The notes under the pieces are model-generated. The model worked only from the letters and a program-made list of their open reading frames with translations. It did not search any database and had not been told where the DNA came from. Both the position numbers and the translations under genes were made by a program. This document shows, piece by piece, positions 8,076-16,090 of a stretch of DNA of 30,073 nt. The stretch's first letter is position 1; every line of letters starts with the position of its first letter. Source of the DNA: Candidatus Eiseniibacteriota bacterium (lineage in GTDB: Bacteria; Eisenbacteria; RBG-16-71-46; JABDJR01; JAWXBZ01); NCBI GenBank assembly GCA_034440375.1, contig JAWXBZ010000184.1, positions 1 through 30,073 of the forward strand. Reading direction: 5' to 3'.

Positions 8076-8582
8076 TTAGTAGAGCGTAATGCGATCCCTC
8101 GACACCATCGAGGTTCCTTCAATCTTCCAGATCTTGAACTCGCCCTTGCTGCGAGCGATGATGCGGTCACTGGGGCCCAGGAGATCGACCGAACCGTCGC
8201 TCAAGTAGTCGAGGGCGTAGGTGACGTCACGGCCGTCGACACCCTTGACGGTGAAGGTATCGCCGGTCACGGTCAGAACCTCTTCCTTGTGCCTCTTGAC
8301 CAGGTCGCTGCCGCTCATGGCATCCGAGCGACGATCGATCAGGACCACGGCCTTCACGCCGTCCAGCGAACCGACGGCGCTTCGCGCGATGCGGACCGAG
8401 GAGCCGGACAGGAAGGCCTGATCCCGGGTCACCTGGACCGGGGCGCCGTCGGCCAGGAGGCCGTCGATTGCCTTGATCCGGATAACGGCGACACGATCGG
8501 ACGACTCGGCGTTGGCAAATGCCGGCAGGAAGAGTCCGGCCGTAAGGAGCAAGAGTGCAGTCTGCACGACGGGGTGTTTCAT
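8076..8582 (-). CDS. Secreted hypothetical protein, beta-rich
   Basis: Strong AAGGAGG RBS before ATG 8582 and signal peptide MKHPVVQTALLLLTAGLFLPAFANA. No family recognised. Confidence 0.8.
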   Translation of the reverse strand: MKHPVVQTALLLLTAGLFLPAFANAESSDRVAVIRIKAIDGLLADGAPVQVTRDQAFLSGSSVRIARSAVGSLDGVKAVVLIDRRSDAMSGSDLVKRHKEEVLTVTGDTFTVKGVDGRDVTYALDYLSDGSVDLLGPSDRIIARSKGEFKIWKIEGTSMVSRDRITLY

Positions 8583-8636
8583 CGGTGTAGTCCTCCTTCT
8601 AGGATGTTGGGCCTGTGCGGGCCTGTTACAAGGACA

Positions 8637-8667
8637 ATAGTAGGACCCTAACTTCAAGCGGTACAAT
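8637..8667. promoter_or_regulatory. Overlapping divergent promoter candidates
   Basis: Minus strand has TTGTAC-18 bp-TACTAT. Plus strand has TACAAT at 8662..8667. Both lie in an AT-richer intergenic region. Confidence 0.35.
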
Positions 8668-8710
8668 GTGTTATTTCACCCATCCGCCTAACGCACTGGA
8701 GCATTTGAAG

Positions 8711-9988
8711 ATGGAGTTGCAAAACGCACGCACGATTCTCGGGGGATTGCCGGACCACCGTGCAAAATTCATTGCGGGCGCCCCGGTCGCCCTCCGGCTG
8801 ATGCTATTGCTCTCGCTCTTTGCCACCCCGGTTCGGGCCTCTGAGCCGGGAAGCGGTGTCCGGATGATGGAGGCCGAACCGACGACGGCCGTCGAGGCCT
8901 ATGACCTGGGCGTCGCGAAACTCGAACTCGGCGACCTGAAGGGAGCCGAGGCCGCGTTCAAGAAATCGGGAGCGCTGGCCGGCAAACTCGGCATCGACTT
9001 CGCGCCGCCTCACGAAGGGATGGCCCGCGTCCTTCTCAAGAAGAACAAGCTGATCGAGGCCGATTTCGAGGGACGCACCGCCACCGAACTTGATCCGGCC
9101 TGGCTGCGCGGCTGGTGGGTCCTGGGCAAGGTGGCCGAGCGGGCGAAGAACGACGAAATGGCACTGGTCTACTACGAACGGGGCCTCCTCATCGACCTGA
9201 CGGACGAGGAACTGGGGTCGGCCGCCGTCGACCTCCTGCGCCGACTGGGTCGGGAGCAGGGAGCCCTCGCGCTCGAAAATCGCCAGCGGGCCGCCCAACG
9301 CGCCGAGGCCGGACGAGCGAATCCCGAAATGGCTGTCCGTCCGACCGCGGCAGCCACCGAACCCGTCGAACCCGACACGCCCGCCGAATACGCCGAACCG
9401 GACCCGTTTGCAAACGCCCGGCGGCGCCTGGCCCCCTTCCGCTCCGACGAGGATCCGCTGGATGAACCGGCGCTGCTGGCCGTTTTCGCACAGGAGACGC
9501 TCACCCGCGGCGCGCTGGCCGTGCTGATCACCGGCAACGGCAAGAGTTCGCTCTCCAAGGCACTCGACGCGGAGGCGGGTCTCCTCGACGGCTCATTCCG
9601 CACGCCGAACGACGTGACCGGGCGCCCAGAAGCCTACTGGATCAACCGGGCGCTCACCCAGGGCCTCATGGAAACGCTCCCCGACGGCTCGTTCCGACCC
9701 GACCAGCCGGTCACACGCCAGACGCTGTCGCTCTGGGCCGAGGAAACGATTTCGCGGCTGCGCGGAAACTCAAAGGTATTCAGTCTCTACAAGGGAACGC
9801 CGACTCCCTTCAGCGACCTGAAGTCAACTCACTACGCCTACAACGCCGCACGCATCGCAGTCGATTTGAAAATGATCGCGCCAGGACCCAACGGCGAATT
9901 CGAACCCGACCGGCCCCTTTCAATTGACGAAGGCGTGGCGGCGGTCCGCAATTTCGTGCCGGCGCTGGTGGGGGCGCGGGGGGAGTGA
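8711..9988 (+). CDS. TPR plus S-layer homology (SLH) domain protein, probably exported
   Basis: N-terminal TPR-like repeats and C-terminal SLH motifs (GLMETLPDGSFRPDQPVTR; FSDLKSTHYAY...GEFEPDRPLS). Start uncertain (8711 or 8801). Confidence 0.75.
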   Translation: MELQNARTILGGLPDHRAKFIAGAPVALRLMLLLSLFATPVRASEPGSGVRMMEAEPTTAVEAYDLGVAKLELGDLKGAEAAFKKSGALAGKLGIDFAPPHEGMARVLLKKNKLIEADFEGRTATELDPAWLRGWWVLGKVAERAKNDEMALVYYERGLLIDLTDEELGSAAVDLLRRLGREQGALALENRQRAAQRAEAGRANPEMAVRPTAAATEPVEPDTPAEYAEPDPFANARRRLAPFRSDEDPLDEPALLAVFAQETLTRGALAVLITGNGKSSLSKALDAEAGLLDGSFRTPNDVTGRPEAYWINRALTQGLMETLPDGSFRPDQPVTRQTLSLWAEETISRLRGNSKVFSLYKGTPTPFSDLKSTHYAYNAARIAVDLKMIAPGPNGEFEPDRPLSIDEGVAAVRNFVPALVGARGE

Positions 9989-10058
9989 TGCGGGACGGTT
10001 GGGCCGAGGCCGGCATCGCAGCACCCGCCGGCGAGCGGGAGCGGGTTTCGGAGCAGGC

Positions 10059-10358
10059 GTGACGCTGCCACCCTGCTATTTCAAGCTGGCCACCGACCTC
10101 CCCTGCCCTTCCTGCGGCATGACGCGAGCAACCGTGGCCCTGATCCGGGGCGAATGGTTGACCTCGGTCGCGCTTCACCCTCTGACCCTCGTCTTCGCGG
10201 TCGAGATCGTGATTTTCACACTGATCCTCGCACGACGTTATTCGATCGGCCTCCCGATCCGCCCCCCCCAGCCGATCCTCGACCGACTGATCGCGGCCAA
10301 CGTGGTCGCGTTGCTGGGCATCTGGGGGGCGCGCTTGATCGGTGGGTGGAGGGGCTAG
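10059..10358 (+). CDS. DUF2752 domain membrane protein
   Basis: CYFKLATDLPCPSCGMTRA...HPL matches the DUF2752 CxF...PCPxCGMTRA pattern. GTG start at 10059 follows GGAGCAGG. Confidence 0.8.
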   Translation: MTLPPCYFKLATDLPCPSCGMTRATVALIRGEWLTSVALHPLTLVFAVEIVIFTLILARRYSIGLPIRPPQPILDRLIAANVVALLGIWGARLIGGWRG

Positions 10359-10456
10359 CAGGGGCACCAGCCTTGAGCGTTTGGACTTGCTTCCAATGGC
10401 GATCAGTAACGCAGCGGAACTCACGGTCTTTGGCGGCCATACAACTGTCACTTTAA

Positions 10457-10783
10457 TTTTCCATAAGGTTGGGTGATCGACTTGTCGTCTCCAGGAACAT
10501 AATTGCATTTACTGAGGACGGCAGCGGCATGGCATGCACTGAAGGGGGAGGCGTTGAAGTTCGAGACAATCTCTTCTGGCCACCCCAACAGCGCCACATC
10601 GCCGGTTGTGATGTAATCATGGGCACTAGTGGAAACGTGGAGCTGGATCCGCAATTCTGCGACACTTCGGATGATCGGTGGGCGATTTCAGATCAATCGC
10701 CTGCCCTCACAAATGGGGCAGGGAGAATTGGAGCGGAGACCCCGGTAGGGTGTGTATCTCCTGGTAGTCTGGTCCGGAGATGA
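10457..10783 (+). pseudogene. C-terminal remnant of a right-handed beta-helix repeat protein
   Basis: NIIAF...NLFW...GNVELDPQFCD...SPAL...IGA..VGC is the usual C-terminus of such proteins. There is an in-frame TAA at 10454, no proper N-terminus or RBS, and lower GC than the flanks. Confidence 0.55.
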
Positions 10784-10838
10784 TGCCTCCCACAACCGGG
10801 GGACTGGTCGGACTGCGGGAAGAGGCCCGTCCTTTTCC

Positions 10839-12296
10839 CTACTCGAAAATGTTCCCCGGTGCCAGGATCCCAGCCGGGTCGAGGGCTCGCTTCACACTTC
10901 TCATGGCGTCGATGACCCATCCCGGATACTGAAGCCCCACGTATTCGCGTTTCAGCTTGCCGACCCCGTGTTCGGCCGTCACCGTGCCTCCGAGGGACAC
11001 TGCGTGGAGGCACATCGCATGGATGGCTTTTCGAGCCTTCGTGAGCTCGGCGGCATCTTTCGCCAGCAGGTTGAAGTGGGGATGGCCGTTTCCGAGGTGG
11101 CCGTAGCGGATGTAGAAACCGCCGAAGACCTCGTTGGCCAGCCGCGTGGCCTCCTCGATCATCGGCCCCACCGACTCGAGCGGCACCGCCCAGTCGGTGC
11201 CGAGTTTCATGCCGCCAAAGGCTCTGGCGGCCCGACCTCGTTCGTTCATCAGGGAGGGGAGCGCGTGGCGCAGGCGCTTCAGTTCCGACTCCTGAGCGTC
11301 ATTGGTGACCACGATCGTGTCGTCGGCCAGCCCCTGGCAGGCTTCAATCAGCGCGAGCCATGATTCGAGGCGCTCGTCCAGCGACTCCGGTTCGCACTCC
11401 TCTTCGAAGTAGATGGCCGCACGGGCGGCCGCCGGTACGTTCAACGATCCGGCCTCCGGGCGAATCATCGCCAGCGAACCCTCGTCGAACAGTTCGAGGC
11501 AGCGCGGCTGCGGGACGCCGCTCTTTCCGCCCATGCCCTCGATCTCCGCCCGATGCCCGCCGCGTAGGGCCTTCCGATCCGCCTCCTGCACGAAGACGAC
11601 CGCGTCGGGCAATTCGCGGAAAAAGGCCATGCCGGCAAGGTGCCCCGGTGGTTCGGGAAGCAGGCGCACAACCAGCCGTGTCGCCACGCCGAGCGTACCC
11701 TCGCTGCCGACAATCAGGTCGACCGGGTTCTGGAAGCCGAAGTATCCGACGGTATTCTTGGTGGTGTGACTTCGCGTGATCGTGGTCGGCCGGCCGTCGC
11801 CAAGGATCAGATCGATGGCCTCGACCCAGGGGCGGATGGCGCCGTAGCGATAGCTGCGTGCCCCCGAGGCGTTGGTCATGACCGCGCCCCCGAGGGTGCA
11901 CTCATTTTCGCTGGTCGGGTCCGGGGGGAAGAAAAGTCCGGCCTCGGTCACCGCTTTCTTGAAGAGACCGAGGTTTATCCCCGGCCCGGCCGTGGCCAGC
12001 CGTCGCACCGGATCGATATCAATCAGCCGATCGAGCTTTTCCAGCGATAGCGCCACGCCCCCCATGGCCAGTGGCGATCCAACCGTGCTCGAACGAAGTC
12101 CCTGCGGCGTCACCGGCACGCGCCGGTCGGCGCACCAGGCAATCAGGTCGGCCACCTCGCTCGCCGAAGCTGGCCGGGCCACCGCATCGGGAACGCCGAT
12201 CAGGCCGGAGGCATCTTCCGAATAGGCCTGTCGGATATCGGCGTCGCGGGTGAGGGATGGGTGCGACAGGTCATGTTCCCCGGCGGATGGAGTCAT
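10839..12296 (-). CDS. FAD-binding oxidoreductase, GlcD / D-lactate dehydrogenase family
   Basis: FPPDPTS..CTLGG..TNASG..SYRYG, GSEGTLGV, GHLGNGHPH, AEHGVGKLK and LDPAGILAPG motifs. Confidence 0.93.
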   Translation of the reverse strand: MTPSAGEHDLSHPSLTRDADIRQAYSEDASGLIGVPDAVARPASASEVADLIAWCADRRVPVTPQGLRSSTVGSPLAMGGVALSLEKLDRLIDIDPVRRLATAGPGINLGLFKKAVTEAGLFFPPDPTSENECTLGGAVMTNASGARSYRYGAIRPWVEAIDLILGDGRPTTITRSHTTKNTVGYFGFQNPVDLIVGSEGTLGVATRLVVRLLPEPPGHLAGMAFFRELPDAVVFVQEADRKALRGGHRAEIEGMGGKSGVPQPRCLELFDEGSLAMIRPEAGSLNVPAAARAAIYFEEECEPESLDERLESWLALIEACQGLADDTIVVTNDAQESELKRLRHALPSLMNERGRAARAFGGMKLGTDWAVPLESVGPMIEEATRLANEVFGGFYIRYGHLGNGHPHFNLLAKDAAELTKARKAIHAMCLHAVSLGGTVTAEHGVGKLKREYVGLQYPGWVIDAMRSVKRALDPAGILAPGNIFE

Positions 12297-12353
12297 CAAC
12301 TCGGATTGTAACGAATACAGTCGATTGGAATCGAGCGTCCGGAACCGACCGCG

Positions 12354-12382
12354 TTGACACCCCCCCGGGCCTGGCCTAAAGT
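12354..12382 (+). promoter_or_regulatory. Sigma70-type promoter for icd
   Basis: TTGACA-17 bp-TAAAGT ending 64 nt upstream of ATG 12447, with RBS GAAAGGAAG. Confidence 0.65.
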
Positions 12383-12446
12383 TTTGATCTCCCAATCAAG
12401 AGTAGCGTCGAACAACTCCACGGCCTGTCCGAAAGGAAGAGATCCC

Positions 12447-13907
12447 ATGAACGCCACCAATTCGTCGGGTGTCGTCCCGATCACGGTTGCCAGAGGTGAT
12501 GGCATCGGCCCCGAGATCATGGATGCCACGCTCGCGATTCTCGAGGCAGCCGGTGCCCGACTGGCCTATGAATACATTGAAGTCGGCCAGAAAGTTTACG
12601 AACGCGGCATCTCGGCCGGCATCGAACCCTCGGCGTGGGAGAGCCTGCGCCGGACAAAGGTCTTCCTGAAGGCACCGATCACGACACCGCAGGGCGGCGG
12701 CTTCAAGAGCCTGAACGTGACCACTCGGAAGACCCTGGGCCTCTTCGCCAACGTCCGGCCGTGCGTTTCCTACGCGCCGTTCGTGGCCACCAAGCATCCG
12801 ATCATGGATGTCGTCATCGTGCGGGAGAACGAGGAGGATCTGTACGCCGGCATCGAGTACCGGCTGAGCGAGGATGTCATGCAATCGCTCAAGCTGATCA
12901 GCCGGCCCGGCAGCGAAAAGATCGTCCGTTACGCCTTCGAGCAGGCCCGTCGCACCGGTCGCAAGAAAGTGACCTGCTTCACGAAGGACAACATCATGAA
13001 GATGTCCGATGGCCTCTTTCATCGGATCTTCGACGAGATCGCCACGGAGTATCCGGACATCGAAAACGAGCACTGGATCGTCGACATCGGCGCCGCCAAG
13101 CTGGCCGATACGCCGGAAGCGTTCGACGTCATCGTCATGCCGAACCTGTACGGCGATATTCTCTCCGACGTGGCCGCCCAGATTGCCGGATCCGTTGGCC
13201 TGGCGGGCTCGGCCAACATCGGCACCGGCGCGGCCATGTTCGAGGCGATTCACGGCTCGGCGCCGCGCCGCGCGGGGCAGAACCTGGCCAATCCCTCCGG
13301 CCTCCTGCTCGGCGCCGTCATGATGCTGGTCCACATCGGACAGACGGACGTGGCCGAAAAGGTGCACAACGCCTGGCTCAAGACGATCGAGGACGGCGTG
13401 CACACCTACGATGTCTTCGATGAAAAGGTCAGCAAGGAGAAGGTCGGCACGAAGGAGTTCGCGCAGGCCGTCGTGGCCCGGCTTGGCCAGAAACCCGCTA
13501 CGCTCAAGGCGGTGACCTACGAAGCCGGCCACACGATGGTCATTGAGCCCGGACCCCGAACGACCTCGGCCCGCGAGCTGGTTGGCGTCGACGTTTTCCT
13601 TCACTGGGCCGCCGGCACCGCCAACGATCTGGCCGGAGCCCTGACCCGGCTGAATGGCGACGGCCTGACGCTCAAGACGATTTCCAACCGCGGCCAGAAG
13701 GTGTGGCCGGACGGACTACCCGAGACCTTCACCACGGATCTCTGGGGCTGCCGCTTCCAATCCGCGCAGGCCGGTTCTCCGATCCAACATCGCCAGATCG
13801 TGAGCCTGCTGTCGCGCATCCACGAATCGGGACTCGACTTCGTCAAGACCGAGAACCTCAACACGTTCGACGGCAAGCCAGGCTATACACTCGGCCAGGG
13901 GGAGTAA
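12447..13907 (+). CDS. icd: NADP-dependent isocitrate dehydrogenase (long form with C-terminal extension)
   Basis: GDGIGPEI, KAPITTPQGGGFKSLNV, RENEEDLY, KDNIMK, NLYGDILSD, EAIHGSAP and a C-terminal ISNRG...GYTLGQGE. Confidence 0.96.
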   Translation: MNATNSSGVVPITVARGDGIGPEIMDATLAILEAAGARLAYEYIEVGQKVYERGISAGIEPSAWESLRRTKVFLKAPITTPQGGGFKSLNVTTRKTLGLFANVRPCVSYAPFVATKHPIMDVVIVRENEEDLYAGIEYRLSEDVMQSLKLISRPGSEKIVRYAFEQARRTGRKKVTCFTKDNIMKMSDGLFHRIFDEIATEYPDIENEHWIVDIGAAKLADTPEAFDVIVMPNLYGDILSDVAAQIAGSVGLAGSANIGTGAAMFEAIHGSAPRRAGQNLANPSGLLLGAVMMLVHIGQTDVAEKVHNAWLKTIEDGVHTYDVFDEKVSKEKVGTKEFAQAVVARLGQKPATLKAVTYEAGHTMVIEPGPRTTSARELVGVDVFLHWAAGTANDLAGALTRLNGDGLTLKTISNRGQKVWPDGLPETFTTDLWGCRFQSAQAGSPIQHRQIVSLLSRIHESGLDFVKTENLNTFDGKPGYTLGQGE

Positions 13908-13914
13908 CGAGGGG

Positions 13915-15012
13915 ATGAGGCGAGGGGTGGGCGTCAACGTCGCCAGACGATGCGGCGCCAGCACTCGGCTCGGCCTTGCCATCATCGGTCTCCTGGTGAC
14001 GATCGTCGCCGGATGCCAGCGGCAGCCGGCGCCCGAATCGCAGCCGCTCCCCGTCCGGGATCTGGCGCTTCCACGCGATGCGTCGGCCCCGCCCGCCTTC
14101 CTGGCCGGCGGCTTCGACAAGCACCTGGCCCTGCTCTGCGGCGGCACGATGCATCGCATCACCGCCGGCAACGAAGCGATGACCGTCGTGGATCAACCGG
14201 CGCCTGATATCCGCGCCGTCTGGTTCGGGCCCGAGTCGATCATCGACCGCTGGCTGGTCCGCACCACCGGCGGTGCCGCCGTGGCCTCGCGAGATGTGGC
14301 GATCGCGTTGGCTGATTGGCCCTCCGGTGCCGACATCGGTCCCGCCATCTTCGCTTCCGGTGGCACCGCCCTGGCGGCCGCTCCCCTTTCCGGCCCCGAT
14401 CGCGATGTCCGCCTCTGGGAATTCAAGCCAGGCCGCGCCCAACCCGGTTTCCTCCCCGGACGCCCCCTGATCGTGCCGCTCACCGAGGGGCGAACCGCCC
14501 GCTTCCTCGACCTCGACATCACCGGCAGGTACCTCATGGTCATCGATGACGGCGGCCGTATCGCCATCTACCATGCGCCCGACAGAAAGCCGGCCTACGA
14601 ACAGACGCTCGACCCGGCGACCGAGGGAGCCATTCGTACCGCCGACCTCTCGCCGGAGGGGGATTGGTTCGTGGCCGCCGCGCGGACCGTGCGGGTGCGC
14701 GCCTGGCGACTCCCGTTCATGTCCGCGCCACTTTCGAGTTTCGGCGACGTGGAGCAGGTCTTTTTCGCCGGCGGTGTGAAGGCACTCATCACCGTCGACG
14801 AACACGGCCTCGCGATTCGCTGGCTGCTCAACTACGGCGATGTGAAGGCGGAAGCCACGGCCCAACTCGACAGCATCAACGTGGCGGTGGCGCCCGATGC
14901 GGCCGGGCTCTCGTTGTTTTCGCTGACGAGGGATGGACGCGTACGCGGGTGGGCCACGGCGGACCTGGTTGAGCTGGAGGCGCTGGGGGCGGCGTTGTGC
15001 GGAGAGCGGTAG
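13915..15012 (+). CDS. Hypothetical lipoprotein with WD40-like beta-propeller segments
   Basis: Hydrophobic stretch ending in lipobox VAGC, plus repeats such as DVRLWE, LSPEGDWFVAAARTVRVRAW and DGRVRGW. Confidence 0.6.
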   Translation: MRRGVGVNVARRCGASTRLGLAIIGLLVTIVAGCQRQPAPESQPLPVRDLALPRDASAPPAFLAGGFDKHLALLCGGTMHRITAGNEAMTVVDQPAPDIRAVWFGPESIIDRWLVRTTGGAAVASRDVAIALADWPSGADIGPAIFASGGTALAAAPLSGPDRDVRLWEFKPGRAQPGFLPGRPLIVPLTEGRTARFLDLDITGRYLMVIDDGGRIAIYHAPDRKPAYEQTLDPATEGAIRTADLSPEGDWFVAAARTVRVRAWRLPFMSAPLSSFGDVEQVFFAGGVKALITVDEHGLAIRWLLNYGDVKAEATAQLDSINVAVAPDAAGLSLFSLTRDGRVRGWATADLVELEALGAALCGER

Positions 15013-15096
15013 AATCAACTGGCACCTGAATGTGCGAAGCAACGTTCGCCGATGCGAATCCAGTGACGGGGTCTACGAAACGAGGCAGAACAACTG

Positions 15097-16074
15097 ATGT
15101 CCACACCGCTCGAAACCATCCGCCCCATCGAACTCAGCGAGATACGAGCCGCACGTGAGCGCATCAAAGGGACAATCGTCCGCACACCGCTGGTTCGCCT
15201 GGAATTGGGGCCGGGATTCCCGGACATCCGCCTGAAGCTGGAGAACCTGCAGCCGATCAACGCCTACAAGCTGCGCGGCGCGGTCAATGCCGTGGCCATG
15301 CTCACCGAGGCGGAACGGCAGCGGGGAGTCTGGACGATCAGCGCGGGAAACGCCGGACAGGGCGTTGCCTACGCGGCGCGGCAGGCGGGCGTGTCATGCA
15401 CCGTGGTCGTCATCGAATCGGCGCCGATCGCGAAAATCGAGCGGATGAAGGCGCTGGGCGCCACGCTACTTCCGGTGGCCTATGACCGGGCATGGCAGGC
15501 GCTCGAGGATCGCTCGTTTCCCGGCGCACCCGGCACGTTCATCCACCCGTTCGACGATCACAATTTCATCGCCGGCCATGCCACGCTGGGACTGGAAATC
15601 CTGGAGGACGCGCCCGACACCGCCGCCGTCATCGCCGGCATCGGCGGCGGGGGCCTCGTGGTGGGCGTCGGCAGCGCCGTCAAGGCGATCAAGCCCGACA
15701 TCAAGGTCTGGGGCGCCGAACCGGAGACGGCCGCACCCGTGGCGCTGTCGATGACGATGGGATCACCCCAGGCGTTCAAGGAGTGGCAGGCCTCGTTCGT
15801 CGACGGCGCCGGCGGCCAGAGCGTCTTCCCGCGCATGTGGGAGCGCATGCAGCCGCTGCTCGACGGGAGCATCGTCGTCACCCTCGACGAAACGAAGAGG
15901 GCGATGCGACTCATGGCGGAGAAGGCGCGCGTGATCTCGGAAGGGGCGGGGGCGCTGCCGCTGGCGGCCGCGTTGACCGGGAAAGCGGGTCCGGGGCCGA
16001 TCGTCGCGATTGTCTCGGGCGGGAATATTGATTTGATGAAGTTCTGTGAGTTGATCGCGTCGGTGGGGGAGTGA
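15097..16074 (+). CDS. PLP-dependent threonine/serine dehydratase family protein (no regulatory domain)
   Basis: LKLENLQ...YKLRGA (PLP lysine), SAGNAGQG, IHPFDD, GIGGGGL and SGGNID. Confidence 0.92.
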   Translation: MSTPLETIRPIELSEIRAARERIKGTIVRTPLVRLELGPGFPDIRLKLENLQPINAYKLRGAVNAVAMLTEAERQRGVWTISAGNAGQGVAYAARQAGVSCTVVVIESAPIAKIERMKALGATLLPVAYDRAWQALEDRSFPGAPGTFIHPFDDHNFIAGHATLGLEILEDAPDTAAVIAGIGGGGLVVGVGSAVKAIKPDIKVWGAEPETAAPVALSMTMGSPQAFKEWQASFVDGAGGQSVFPRMWERMQPLLDGSIVVTLDETKRAMRLMAEKARVISEGAGALPLAAALTGKAGPGPIVAIVSGGNIDLMKFCELIASVGE

Positions 16075-16090
16075 GGAGCCTGCCGACTCC

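Noticed and set aside
10060-10062. Second selenocysteine codon at the end of the mini-ORF
   Set aside because: Read-through gives no redox motif in a recognisable fold, hits another stop within 20 codons, and overlaps the DUF2752 frame.
10817-10839. Terminator hairpin GGGAAGAGG-CCCGT-CCTTTTCCC after the FAD oxidoreductase
   Set aside because: It is mismatched on the relevant strand and has no U tract, so it is too weak to call.
15001-15096. Glycine riboswitch upstream of the dehydratase (GGAGAG...CACCTGAA, small GCGAA/TTCGC hairpin)
   Set aside because: It lacks the conserved CTCAGG segment and the region is too short. An Rfam cmscan would settle it.
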